A DNA stretch of 63,946 nucleotides, the filler included, from Rozella allomycis CSF55 (taxonomy: Eukaryota), in assembly GCA_000442015.1 (NCBI GenBank). It is 13 parts of 12 records of this genome, joined end to end, with 100 filler letters (N's around TTAATTAATTAA, not from the genome) between each part and the next. Parts side by side here need not be neighbours in the genome. Positions count along the whole stretch, not along the records: positions 46,909 to 51,498 come from KE560799.1; positions 51,599 to 53,242 come from KE560800.1; positions 53,343 to 56,234 come from KE560802.1; positions 56,335 to 57,650 come from KE560803.1; positions 57,751 to 59,714 come from KE560805.1; positions 59,815 to 61,490 come from KE560807.1; positions 61,591 to 63,946 come from KE560816.1; 6 more parts are not named here. One strand, given 5' to 3'. Numbering within the stretch: the first letter of the stretch is position 1; each line of letters begins with the position of its first letter. Under the pieces are notes generated by a model. The model saw only the letters and a list, made by a program, of their open reading frames with translations. It made no database searches and had not been told where the DNA came from. Positions 50,690-63,946 of the stretch are shown piece after piece. Position numbers and translations under genes: made by a program.

Positions 50690-51598
50690 CTACAAGGCCC
50701 AAGTGCCAACCTTATTACTTTGAGAATAGTACACGTAAGAGTAAACTGTCAAGTTTCAGTTTGAAGTGTTAAAAGTTATAAGAAATAAACATATTAACGA
50801 TAATTTATGCCCGGTAGATCTACTGTCAAGCAAAAATTACTGGTTGGACGCAATGATACAAAATCACACAATTTAATTCAATAGATACTTGAGTTCTTTT
50901 AAGTTTTGAGAATGCAATACTAAATCGTTTTGAAAACAAGGAAAGTCTATTGCAAGATCCGCGGACCTTTTTCATTTTTTGGTCGTTCATATTGTGATTT
51001 GTGTGGTCAGTCGTGGTGTTTACATCACGTCAAAACGTCCTTTAGAAAGACAGAGAATAATTTGTCTAGACATGTTGATGAAAACAAATTGAAAATCTGT
51101 TCGGATCAGAGAAAACCACTTTGAAGTTTCAGCGACCCTTACAACTTGGCGTAGGATTGACATTTTCTTGCGTAGGATTGGCATTTTCTTGGTAGTAGCC
51201 ATTATCCTGAAATTATTTGGTGCTCAATTCAATCGCTCCGCCATGATAATATTGACCTAACAAGACCTAAGAAGTCTAGAAATTAGGGAATACAAATAGT
51301 CGGCGGAAAAAATGGCGACATGGATTTGAAAACCTTCTAGCAATAACTTTAAGGTGGAACCGTGGACAACATAGGCATGAAAGAGTGGATACTGTTTAAT
51401 TTACACTCTCAATGTTGATGTCAATCAAGTCATAATTAGTAACTTTGGAGAAAGAACGAACTCCAAACTTTTAATTATATCTTTTAAGTCTTCATTAANN
51501 NNNNNNNNNNNNNNNNNNNNNNNNNNNNNNNNNNNNNNNNNNTTAATTAATTAANNNNNNNNNNNNNNNNNNNNNNNNNNNNNNNNNNNNNNNNNNNN

Positions 51599-53242
51599 GT
51601 GTGTGTAACCATTTTTTGCTTCCGATTCTCTCCAAATTTGGTCTATGAACTCACAACACCCAATATACGAAGTAATATTTATTTTCAGTCCGTATAGTAA
51701 AGGTAGCTGTTGAGGTATAGGTGGCGGAAGTTTTTGAAGGGGCATGTTGGATTGCTCATTAATATGGCACATTTGTGTCTATTTACAAATAAATTAAATT
51801 AAAATAATAGATTGTTGTTTTATCTACTTTATTAGCGTTTTAGAGCCNTTGAGACTCAGATTCGGGAATCGCAGGAGGAAAACGGTAGATGAATCAGTAG
51901 CGATAGAAGAAAGGGGTAAAATGAAATAGATATCGATTAAATTTTAGATTAAATCACAATTTCCATGGCATCTTCAAACTAATATCAAAAAATGATAAAG
52001 ATAGAAAACATTTTTGTGTGAAGAAATTTATTGTGAATATAAACTCNCTGAAAAAGTTAAAGGCTTCAGCCCATCAGATTTTTATGTGCTTTTTGGTGGA
52101 CATTTAAAGTCTGATTTTCAAAAGTCCATAATGTACCCAGACATTGTACAAGGTGTTTTTTAAATGAACCTTGTACAAATTTATGTCGTAATGAGGCTCA
52201 CCATTACGGCTTTATAAATCTAAATGAGTGAAATAGAAAGNTATTTTCACCTCGAATACGCACTCACTTTAAAGGATTTACATCGTTGACCAGAGGGTTG
52301 TCGAGTGGTGTGTGTGTGTATGTATGTGTGTGTGTGTATGTAACCATGTTTTGCTTCCGTTTTCTCCCAAATTTGGTCTATGAACCCAGAACACCCAATA
52401 TACCAAGCAATATTTATTTTCAGCCCCTATAGTAAAGGTAGTTCTTGAGATATAGGTGGCGGAAGTTTTGGAAGGGGCATCTTGGATTGCTCATTAATAT
52501 GGCACATTTGTGTCTATTTACAAATAAATTAAATTAAAATAATAGATTGTTGTTTTATCTACTTTATTAGCGTTTTAGAGCCATGAGATTTGCTTGTTAC
52601 ACTTAGTTTTGAGTCCTTAGAGTAGCAAATCTTTAAAACTATCCAATCGATTAAACAATTATATTAATTGAAAGATAAAATTTATAGGCATTTATTTATC
52701 AGAACAAGATAATGGGGATTCGGGATGCGGGATTCGCAAGAGGAAACTGGAAAACGGTCAATGAAGGTCACGAGTGATCGCAGAAAGCGGTAAAATGAAT
52801 TCCTAAATGTTTTGAATATAGGTACATTTTACTTTAGATGAGTCACATTAATGTGAAAAAAATGATCAAATAGAAAACAGTTGTTTTGCGTGGAAGAATT
52901 TATTGATAATTATAAACTCCCTGTCGCTCCATGCGCTTATAGTATCTTAATCCTCATAAATTGGATAGTANAAATGTCCGTAGTACCCTTATTTGGTCAG
53001 GTATGACAATTTACACAAAATTTTTGAATGTACAGGGTGACATCAGTATACCCTTTTGGGCTAATTTCATAAAGAATATAAAAGATATTTATCGGACGGG
53101 GAGTTTACGACCCGGACTTCAGAAACGATTATTGNCAGAAGAAGATAATGGGGATTCGGGATTCGCAAGAGGAAACTGGAAAACGGTTAATGAAGGTCAC
53201 GGGTGATCGCAGAAAGCGGTAAAATGAATTCCTAAATGTTTT
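51599..53242. repeat. Mosaic of dispersed repeat and LINE fragments with a (GT)n microsatellite
   Basis: 51600-51847 matches 52340-52583; 52702-52815 matches 53137-53242; TG repeat at 52308-52341. Confidence 0.7.
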
Positions 53243-55074
53243 NNNNNNNNNNNNNNNNNNNNNNNNNNNNNNNNNNNNNNNNNNNNTTAATTAATTAANN
53301 NNNNNNNNNNNNNNNNNNNNNNNNNNNNNNNNNNNNNNNNNNCGGATCCTAATGCCAAAAAATCGTCGGGTTCAGTTTACGTGATCATTCGCCTACGTGG
53401 TCCATCAATGGCCTTAGCCCATTCACACTTCGATGTTTACGTAAGCATAAAAGTTACTGTCATAAAGAATTATGATTTATTAATTGTCATTGCGATTGAC
53501 TAAATAGAAGTGGCCGTCTTTATCAACTCCAATATTGTTCTGACCCAAGTAGTCACGTAAAACATTGCTTTGGTGAATATTAATTTCAGTTGTTAAAAGC
53601 ATCTCACGCCTCTCTGGATTAGCGTTAGTCATTACATATACCCACTTGATAGGTATTAATAGAAGGTCTAGCCCATGACCTTGGCAGGCTTCCTTTAGTT
53701 TACTAGCAGCTCTTAAATAGTCCCTATGTAATAAAGCATAAACAATATTACTGTGCTCGCTTCGTCGTCCATCCTAATCTCTCCATAAGGTGACGATAGG
53801 TCGCCCTAGAGTAGCTTATGAGGTACGCTTGTAAGTTCTCAACAATAGCCCCCTGTGACACCTCCATAAAGTCCAAGACTGATGGGTCTATGAGGTGGCA
53901 ATAATTGTTTTATTAAGAATACTCAAAATAATTAAAGCCAGATAATTGTTGGGGGTGTTCATAATATAATTATCTAAAGATCTTTGGATATACCTATCCA
54001 ACGTGTCATCCCTTTGTGACGGCTCTCGTCTCGCTTGTTGAAGAACGGGTACGATGTTATTTCTTTGTGCAAAGTGACCGATTTGAGGACCTAATACCGG
54101 CATAAGCTCGTGCCTGTCGGGATGGTTGAATGCATATCTATCGGCCTCCTAAATTTATATATAGTGGTATTATTACTCCAAGCGCGTCAATGATTCGATC
54201 GTATATGATTCGCTCCTCGTTATTCATTTATGTTAATCATCAAAGATCGTGCGGTATATATGCCTATTTGACACCACCTGCCAACGTTAATCAGATAATC
54301 AAATGTCAAAGTCACACATTGAGTGATGCTAAAATGACTTCCGGCCCAGACGGATACCCATGCTAAAATAATCATCCGGCCCGGACGGATACCCATTTTG
54401 TCCTGATATGATGATCCGTCCCGGACGGATCGACATGCCATATCCATTTTAACAAAAACAGAGCTTTGCCCTAAGATCATACACACCTGTTGATTGCAGG
54501 CTTATATTTAAGGACACCAAAACATATCTTATACCAATCCATAATCTTGAAAGTAGTGTTATGGGTTTGTGATCTGAGCAATCGCCTATTTAAACTTGCA
54601 ATCGGCCCCTCTGCAAAAATCCGGTTAGTTTTATAGAATCTAACATCTTGATGGTATTAAAAATTATATACTCTTTTCAAAATACTTTTAAGATTAGTAA
54701 AACCAGGTTTCTAAAGCCTTAAATTTATTGGGTCAGGTTATGTCATCATTCGCCTACGTGAGGATCACGCGTGAATCACTGCCTGCAGTACGCACAAAAG
54801 ACGGGACTACCAATCAAATTAGTGCTAAACGATATATAGAGGCAGTGCTATTTTAAGCAACAATTGGTAGTAATTAGGTGACACAACCCCGTGTTTTACC
54901 TTATATATACCGTGGTTTGATTCTGTGTAGCCCATGCACAACCCCAAAGAGAAAAAGAGTAAAAAACGGGACAGGGAGACTATGGATGGACAATCAAGTA
55001 CAACAAGTAAAAGTTGCCTGACTATTATATAGGTGTTAACATTAAAGAAGCTTTTAAAATGATACTAATGTATA

Positions 55075-56234
55075 TTGCTCTCCAGAAATACAAGGTTCTT
55101 TGGAGCGAATATTCGCATAATAGGGACGTTGCAACAAAAAAAAGTTATTAAACCAAGTAAACTTAATAATTCGCCTAATAAAAAACGCGAGTACTCGGGA
55201 AATTGGGAGATTAGATCATTAGAGTTAGTTGTGCCTACCCCGGACCACAAATGGAGAAAAAGTGTGGTAATTACTGACTTAACCGGTCATATTTGGGACC
55301 AATGCGACGAAGGTGACACAATTTTTACGGCTGACGAATTAAACGTTAGCGGAGAAAAGTACTTTTCAGTTACGCGGAGACATATCTACTTAAGAAAGGC
55401 AGACATTCCAAAAATTACAATTCGAGACGCTCCGACTTGGTTGGACGACGTTTAACTATACTAATAAGTTAATAAAGGCAACTTTTTGTTTTTAGTTACC
55501 ATTAGGACCTACCTACTTTTATACACAAAGGCATGGACTCCTATGAGTACAAATATATTGTTGATGATATACTGAATAGCCACCAAAAAACCTTCTTTAT
55601 TCTTTCGAGGGCCTGGCACGGGAAAAACATACCTGGTAAGGCACCTGTGCAAATCTCTTAATGCTATNTTATTCGCATAATAGGGACGTTGCAACAAAAA
55701 AATATTACCCCAAGTAAACTTAATCATTCGCCTAATAAAAACGCGAGTACTCGGGAAATTGGGAGATTAGATCATTAGAGTTAGTTGTGCCTACCCCGGA
55801 CCACAAATGGAGAAAAAGTGTGGTAATTACTGACTTAACCGGTCATATTTGGGACCAATGCGACGAAGGTGACACAATTTTTACGGCTGACGAATTAAAC
55901 GTTAGCGGAGAAAAGTACTTTTCAGTTACGCGGAGACATATCTACTTAAGAAAGGCAGACATTCCAAAAATTACAATTCGAGACGCTCCGACTTGGTTGG
56001 ACGACGTTTAACTATACTAATAAGTTAATAAAGGCAACTTTTTGTTTTTAGTTACCATTAGGACCTACCTACTTTTATACACAAAGGCATGGACTCCTAT
56101 GAGTACAAATATATTGCCAAAAAAACCTTCTTTATTCTTTCGAGGGCCTGGTACGGGAAAAACATACCTGGTAAGGCACCTGTGCAAATCTCTTAATGCT
56201 ATTAAATGGAGATATCTGGTTTGTAGTACAATAG
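55075..56234 (+). pseudogene. Unknown ORF followed by a P-loop (Pif1/SF1 helicase-like) fragment; duplicated across N
   Basis: LFFRGPGTGKTYLVRHLC...YLVCST resembles helicase motifs I/Ia; truncated by gap. Confidence 0.4.
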
Positions 56235-56334
56235 NNNNNNNNNNNNNNNNNNNNNNNNNNNNNNNNNNNNNNNNNNNNTTAATTAATTAANNNNNNNNNN
56301 NNNNNNNNNNNNNNNNNNNNNNNNNNNNNNNNNN

Positions 56335-57548
56335 TAGAGAATTGGCTTCCTTTTTAATTGCGTCTTCCCATAACGGCAAATCACCTAAGCTTTTTGCTTC
56401 TTGAATATTGATAAGTATTTTATATTGTAATCTATTGTTTAATAATTTTGATAACATGGCATAATCATTTTTTATATATTGGTTTCTAACTCCATTGCCA
56501 TGGACCTTGCCATTCTTTGTTTTATATTAATTTGTATTTCATCATGATCTATATTACAGAAATTTATGGATGCCTGAGATATGTTATCACAGCTATCATA
56601 TTCATATGTAATATAATAATTAATGGAATCTTCATATTCAGCGTCACTACGTAGTTCATTGTCTATATTATTGTTCACCACCTCATTTCTATTATTATTG
56701 CTTTCATAACGTTCTTTAACATTTCCAAATTCCACCTCAACATATTTTAATTCATCATTTAACGTGTTCTTTCCAACAATATTGCTATAATTATTGTATT
56801 AGTATCCTATAACAAATCTTCATTATCAAGTTCTTGGTCTTCTTCTATCACTTTAAATTGTGGGTGAGTGTAGTTTATACCTTCATTATAAATGTCATTT
56901 CACTCTCAACAAATTCCACACTCCTGCTTTCAAATATTTTATGTGTTTCTAAATCAAGTAGTTTATATCCCTTTGATTGACTGTCATAACCTTACATAGA
57001 ACATCTTTTTGTAATCGGTTTCAACTATGATATCATTGTTGAAAGTAATTTTGAAAAACATAAACATCAAATTTTTCTTTAATGAGATACATCGATATCC
57101 TTTTCATAAAATGAAACATAAGGAATCTTTGACCTTTCCAAAACCGCCTTCGAAGGGTTACGGTTTTGTAGAACTGCTGCTACTATTTCATTCCAAAATT
57201 CCACAGGCAAGCTGAATTAATACACATCTAACTCTTTCCATAATAGTCTTATTCTTTTTCTGTGCCACACTATTCTGTTGTGGACAATAGTCAACGGTAT
57301 ATTGTCTTTAAATTCCGTTTTCATTACAAAATTTTACCCATTTTCACTTTTAAACTTATTGGCGTTATTACTTCTTACTATCTTTATGTTCTTGTTTATT
57401 AAATTAGTCATTAATCTTTGATAGTTTTCAAATGCTTCATATGCCTCACTTTTCTTTTTGATTGTATAAATATAACATAATCGTGAGTAGTCATCAATAA
57501 AAGTTATAAAATATTTACTCCCATCATGTGCTTCTTTAAAAGGGCCTT
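56335..57548 (-). mobile_element. Degenerate Ty1/Copia integrase to start of RT
   Basis: GPF...GSKYFITFIDDYSR, KSEAYEAF, IVRSNN, CPQQN, GYDSQSKGYKL and EA.....WEDAIKKEANSL, with stops. Confidence 0.8.
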
Positions 57549-57750
57549 TTTTTAATTATATATAAATAAGTCAATAATCGTATTTATTAAGGGTGAAGGA
57601 TCCACATCGTCCTGCCTCACCCTAAAACCCCAGAGAATTCGGAAACATGGNNNNNNNNNNNNNNNNNNNNNNNNNNNNNNNNNNNNNNNNNNNNTTAATT
57701 AATTAANNNNNNNNNNNNNNNNNNNNNNNNNNNNNNNNNNNNNNNNNNNN

Positions 57751-58052
57751 TCCTTTTGTCTAAGGAAGTTCAGAAAGCAAACGAACCTTTCAAATTTGTT
57801 TCGTCTAACTATGTTATTGCCTTCGAGAATATCACCACATAAATCCATGTTTAGCAATTTACCACAACTCTGCTTAATAAGATATTGAATTACACATGGA
57901 CATTTCCATGAAAGACTTACTTCCGGAGCTTGATGAAGGATCAAGTCGAAGGAAAGTGAACGAAGCCAGCGTGATGTCCGAGAAATTTGTTTCACATCAT
58001 TTAAACTTAAGTGCGACAAAATAACCAGCCAAACTTCATGTGGTACCTCCAT
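57751..58052 (-). CDS. F-box protein paralogous to 42847-43854, truncated by gap
   Basis: MEVPHEVWLVILSHL...QISRTSR...WKCPCVIQYLIK..CGKLL aligns with the N-terminus of the 43854 gene. Confidence 0.8.
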
Positions 58053-59153
58053 TTTTTAATTAGAACCGGGGTTTAGAATCTTTTTCAGTTTTCCAAAATT
58101 TCACAATAAAAAATTTGCTGCAACTCATTCTTTTTGGATGTATAGAATGAAACTCAAACCTGAGAGGCCGAGAAACCTCACATGTGACGGTGTTGTTGGG
58201 ATTTGAAACTTTTCACAAACAATATTTTGAAAAAGTAGTAAGGAGTTACTGTTGACATCTGCTTATGAGAGCGATTTTTTCAAAGTGAAAGTTCTTCCAA
58301 AACGTGAATTGGACTACACAATGCGCGCAGCGAGCACGGGTCAGGAATAAAATATATCAAATTTTATGATGTTGTTATGAAGTACGTTGAAATGTTTATT
58401 GATTTCATATCTCATTTCATATTTAAGGAACAATTTCTATACATTCCAGATTGCGCTAGATGCTANTCCAACATGTTACCTGGAAACTTTTTTATGTTTC
58501 TCGTTCACATTATTTTTAACTCGCTCAATAGCAAAAGTGGATCTCTTTCTGTTTCCTTGAAAGGCGCGGTCGAATTCCCTTTTGAGATGGACCGCCACAT
58601 CTCGCGCAGTTTCAACTTTCATTCCTGTNCTTTTTCAACACAACAAAGTTTGGACCACTGTGTCTCAAGTCTTCTTCGTCTTCACTAACCGCCATGGAAA
58701 ACCCTGTTTGGTCTACAAGGCGGTTGGCGTAATGTAGTTTTAGAAGCGCGATATGCTGGGCATGGGTCCAACATGTTACCTGGAAATTTTTCTATGTTTC
58801 TCGTTCACATTATTTTTAACTCGCTTAATAGCAAAAGCGGATTTCTTTCTGTTTCCTTGAAAGGCGCGGTCGAATTCTCTTTTGAGATGGACCGCCACAT
58901 CTCGNGCCAACAGTCAACCATAATTAATGATTAGCATATTTAGTAATCATACAGTACCGTTTTGAGTTTCACGTGATATTCTGTGGCTCAGTGAAGGAAT
59001 TTCACCTTTAGTGCAGCATAAAGATACCAAAGATTTGTATGTTTAATATTTATGACCCTGTGTTCCAACAGCAAACCAATGTTTTCAGAAAAGAACATTT
59101 CATGAAAGTTGATGATTATATTAAAATGATAAAAGATGGTTTGCAGGATCATT

Positions 59154-59714
59154 ATGAAGAAATTTGTATCGCTCTTGTTCTTCCCTCTAATTCTTGCCTT
59201 CAAATATGATTTCGGGAGGGTGCCATCTTGTCGGATGCATGATTTCGATTTATTGCGTAGACTAGGGAGTGGAACTTTTGGAACAGTTTACAAAGCGAAA
59301 AGAATGTCCGACGAGTCCATATTTGCATTAAAATACATGCACAATAGAATAATGACAGGTGAAGATTTGAAGCACGCTTTGCATGTAGAGGTCAGAGCAT
59401 TGGACCTATTGTCGTTTTCCAATTTCTTTCCAAAGTTAGTTTGCATGAATAAAGATGAGAGTATCAGAGAGCTGTTTTATGTTATGGAGCTTGTAGACGG
59501 TGTTGCTCTTGATCAATATGTGATGCAAAACAGACCGACTTTTAAACAAGTGAAGTTAATTTTTGCGAAAACTTTGTTGGCTTTGGAAGATTTAAGGAGA
59601 NAGAGCTGTTTTATGTTATGGAGCTTGTAGACGGTGTTGCACTTGATCAATATGTGATGCAAAACAGACCGACATTTAAACAAGTGAAGTTAATTTTTGC
59701 GAAAACTTTGTTGG
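59154..59714 (+). CDS. Signal-peptide-bearing Ser/Thr kinase, truncated by gap
   Basis: MKKFVSLLFFPLILA, then FDLLRRLGSGTFGTVYKA, FALKYM, EVRALDLL and YVMELVDG. Confidence 0.8.
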
Positions 59715-60239
59715 NNNNNNNNNNNNNNNNNNNNNNNNNNNNNNNNNNNNNNNNNNNNTTAATTAATTAANNNNNNNNNNNNNNNNNNNNNNNNNNNNNN
59801 NNNNNNNNNNNNNNTTACCAGCATATGAAAAATCTCTGAGTATAGCCAACCATTGTTAGCTGTAACAAAAGCATAGCAACATGAAACAAACATTTCACTA
59901 GACTAGCTGTACTCGCTTCGCTCGCATTAAACAAGGATTGTGTTCGTCATTTTTCTCCCATAGATAATCATACAACCGATACTACAATATAGATGGTAAG
60001 AATGGTATGATTTTTTGATACCCCTACCTGCGTTTAACTAAAAATGTTTGTTCTAGGTTGTCCTTATAGATCGCATATGTTTTCACCTCCGAGTCCGCAC
60101 GCCATTGACCATAGTCGAGGGATTGTTTCACTCGCTTTTACATTGAAAAAATGTTGTCTATAGACTATTGTTCCGAGGATAAGGCGAGACTAATAACTAA
60201 CAAAGTGACAAATTGTTTATTTACCCATTGTATTGACTA

Positions 60240-60960
60240 NGGACGGTACTTGTCGTAGTTCTCCATTGCCTTTTTACCAATTAGTGGTTATTATGACGTT
60301 TGACCCATCGGTCATACTAAAAGCGGAGTCGCCATGGTAATTGGTTGTCAAGAATATAATTGAACCTTCCAATGCGAGTTNTGACGGTACCTTTCGTAGT
60401 TCTCCATTGCCTTTTAAACATTTAGTGGTGATTATGACGTTTGACCCATCGGTCATACTAAAAGCGGAGTTGCCATGGTAATTGGTTGTCAAGAATATAA
60501 TTGAACCTTCCAATGCGAGTTGAGACGCAAAAGGCCAAGAATTCCATCGCTTGCCCACAATAGAATCCTGTGTAGCTCACTCTTCACATCGCCGCTCCAG
60601 TAGCGACGAAATATTTGACGCCCTTCAGGACAAAGAGAATAAGGCGGATTTTGGATTGCATCAATTATGTTCATTTCTGATGATCTCCTATTCGACCTAA
60701 CTAGATTCAAAACATCAAGCTTGTTTGGCACTGAATACGGTAGTCCTAAGTACTCTTCTTTGAGCGTTTGTAGAACACGCTCATAAATAATACCTTGTTT
60801 CAAAATGAAATCCGTGCTGAACTCAGTGACCAGGTCTTTTACTAATTGGTCCGTTTTTATGATGCCTCCCGCCACTATTCTATCATTCTTAATCTGGCAT
60901 GTGTGGTCTCCTATATATCCAATCAAAGTAGTATATTACCCTTTAGCAGCAGTCCATTGA
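60240..60960 (-). mobile_element. Possible MULE/Mutator transposase remnant
   Basis: HTC, IYERV and RILLWASDGILGLL resemble the region upstream of the MULE DDE domain; frameshifted. Confidence 0.4.
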
Positions 60961-62599
60961 TTGGACTTTTTTAAAAAAGCGGTTATATTCAAGAGAAACA
61001 TTTTTCCGTGTGTTTGTATGCGGGTTTATCTTCCATGATACACCCTGGTATGAAGTACAGGGGTTACATAGTGCTACAAATGAACGAGACTATGGTTAGA
61101 TAAGAGTTGGGTTGAGAGTAGGGAAACTTTAGTTTTGCTATCTGCTATCAAAAATTGGTAATTTTGGTACTTTTTGATACTTGATTTTGACAGGACTTTT
61201 TTTCGGAAATTTTCGATGATTCATCGGCATTCAAACTAACATGGTAAAATTATATAATAGGAGTTTCATCTTAAATCAAAAAAGAACAAACAATTCATAT
61301 GCCCATATGAAATATTACTTTAGCTACGCTCATTTAATGAGCGAAGCTCTGAAAATCTTGTATTGTAGGGGGGATGAATGAGAGATCTAACTTNAGTAAT
61401 TTCTCTTACTTTTCTAACTTTCTTCTTCAATCGAAAACATGTCGCTCCAAGCGCTTATAGTATCTTAATCCTCATAAATGGGATAGTAAANNNNNNNNNN
61501 NNNNNNNNNNNNNNNNNNNNNNNNNNNNNNNNNNTTAATTAATTAANNNNNNNNNNNNNNNNNNNNNNNNNNNNNNNNNNNNNNNNNNNNACATTTCAAT
61601 GTCGAACTCATCTTTAACCACAAACTTGAAGCATGATTGATTTCAAAAACTTGAATTAAAGGCTTGACGCTGGGTATAGTTATTCATCTATTCACCGTCC
61701 ACCGTCATCGTCATGATTTTTCACTCACCAAATTTTGTGAGCAGTGAGAGTGTAAGATAAAGATTTAAATTAATTTCTGGTATAGATGGCATCATTGCCG
61801 GATAGAAGTGTTAGTATTGCTGCTTTGAGTATATTCAATACTTAAGAATCAAACTTTTTTCCAACAATTTATTTGAATAGCTAGTCAAATCTACTTTCAT
61901 CGCTTTTCTTTAACACCGCCAGCGGCTGTAAACACCATTGAAAATTTGCATGGTGATTTAAATAGCAAATTTGATCTGGTTTTTATGTTTAAAATCGAAG
62001 TGAAAATTACGCTGTAATTTTATTTTTTGGCTTTCCTTTATAAGCGAAACAACATTTTTTGAAACGCATCATAATTGACCAAACACAACGCATGGATCAT
62101 TATCTTTTTTGAAAAATTCGATTCAAATTGACGGAAGCTAAATGCATTCTATATTAACCTTGATTATAAAATGCAATAAAAATTAATTTTAAAAAGCACC
62201 AAAAATTTTACAATATCTATATTGTAATTTGTATTTGAAGTTAGGAAGATCTTAAATGTTTTAAATGGATTAGTATCATTTTTTTGGTACTTTTCATAGA
62301 CGACAAATTTTTAAATATCTTTTTGGAAATTTAAAAGTATGAATTTGTTTATTGACATATTCCTGAAATGTTCCTTTGATTTCTATTGAAACAAAATATT
62401 TGCAACATCGAAATGATCGTGATCAATTTTTAATTTACCAACTTTTCAAACTTAAAACCTTTAAATTCAATCTTTTAAATTCAAACGTTTGAATTCATTC
62501 TTTTAAATCAAGAACTATTCCATTTCAGATTCAGATGATTTACCTGGTGTAGGCAAACTCGAAGAAAAATACATTTGAAATCCTAGCAAAATTAGAAAA

Positions 62600-63199
62600 A
62601 GAACTTCAATGACAATTCCTAACTTAGTCATCGTATCGAGTCCTAGGACGACATTAATGGGGTGCCATTATCATCGCCCATGTCTAGGACCTCAAAAGAA
62701 TGCTCAATTCTCTTGTCTACATGACAAACATCACCGCGTCCGTTATTCCTTTTCTAGACGTTGTGGTAGATCTTTCTGCCAGATAGAGCACCCTCACTTG
62801 ATTCACTTTGATTGAAAGTTCCTTAACCATTTTTGGTGAGGTGAAGGAGTGAGTACTCATAGAATCTATTCCTGCTCGTGCGTGAATTCCATTGATTGCA
62901 ATTGCAGTATAAAGACATTTGACTGCATTTAAGTTTATGATCATGTTGAATTGAATTGTCCCATCCAAGAGTTCTTCAGGGAATTCTTCACGGAGATCTA
63001 TTCTCCTGTTGTGAACATGTGAGAAAGACTCTCTATTCTTCTTTCGTTTCTCACATACTTCATTGTGGCCCTTCTCGTACGGTTGTGAGCACTTATCACA
63101 GAGTTTCTTGACGAAAACCTTTCTTGCCTCTTTCGTTTTCTCAGTTTTTCCTGAATTATTTGTTGAGTTACACAAGCAAATCTTGGATGCAATCTTCAA
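62600..63199 (-). mobile_element. Ty3/Gypsy gag knuckle and aspartic protease remnant
   Basis: LCDKCSQPYEKGHNEVC, ARAGIDSMSTHSF and VVLGLDTMTKLGI. Confidence 0.65.
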
Positions 63200-63946
63200 A
63201 GGTTATGTTTTTGTGAACGAAATCATGGATGGAAAATACTTTTATTCCTTTATCATGTTTACTAAATAAATTATAACACTGGCTCTAAAAGTTTTCGTTT
63301 CTATCTAGGCTCAACAAAAAACATAGAATGAAGTTTGAAACTCCCAAGTCGCTAGCAAAGTATGGAAAGGCCGCCTTTGACGCTCATCAGCTCAAAATTC
63401 TTGACCTCTTTGGTGCCGAAGGTCTTCGATATCTTTTACGTGACGATTGCAAACCTCCGGAAGTTCCTGTTTTAGGGCCTGTTTCATAATGCTCCGTCGC
63501 TGCTTTGACCCTTGTATGACAGGGTCATTTTATAAATTTACAAGTTGTTTAGGAAATTTGTCTCCGCTTTCTAGCTGACCAAAATCATCTCCGCCACAAA
63601 AGCAATGTACGCTATCTCTCCTTTAGCACGTTTTTCAATTTTTTCTACATTTTATGTTATAACATTATATAATATTATTGCTGATAATCGTGCCTGTCGA
63701 GAAGAGATATATTTTCAATACACTTACGCAAATAGAGCGTTTTTACTTGCTCTGCATGACTCCGGAGGTGACAGATACTTAAACGACATTTACGATGTTC
63801 AAAAATTACGTTTTTAAGAATTTTGAATCTTGTCAAACAAACGGCGTTCAACCCCTCTCGTTTTGATGATGAAACGATTGTTCTTCGTCTCGCTGTTTGT
63901 TTAGCTTTTTTAGCTTCAAATGGAGGTGAAAAAGATGTCGCTGCAA

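Noticed and set aside
63328-63946. Possible LTR gag start (MKFETPKSL...)
   Set aside because: Too fragmentary to support a call.

Overview
AT-rich eukaryotic draft assembly of about 13 contigs joined by 12 artificial 100-nt linkers (N-run/TTAATTAATTAA/N-run). Gene content (E2F, CEP131, Crinkler-like effectors, fungal-type LST8, V-ATPase and Rpt3) and tiny introns suggest a flagellated, early-diverging fungus such as a Rozella-like parasite; this assignment is inference. There are two very compact housekeeping blocks: 10.3-22.8 kb (CEP131, NT5C-like, RagC/Gtr2, TBC/Gyp1, E2F, kinesin, RCC1-repeat, tRNA-Gln) and 36.7-45.3 kb (LST8, two tRNA-Glu, VMA8, CapA-like, C2, VMA6, F-box/ankyrin, RPT3). 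They alternate with repeat-rich regions holding CRN-like NTPase/nuclease/kinase genes, signal-peptide kinases, an RNase H-bearing LINE, Copia/Gypsy/hAT/MULE remnants and a 101-nt tandem array. Main observation: manual splicing of the conserved genes gives roughly 70 introns, all about 26-32 nt. At least five appear to end in CG or TG instead of AG (three in LST8, one in kinesin, one in CEP131) and one starts with GA. All six are 27-28 nt, which suggests 3' splice sites chosen by distance ('ruler') with relaxed AG recognition. All splice models come from reading frame plus recalled homology, not from RNA data.
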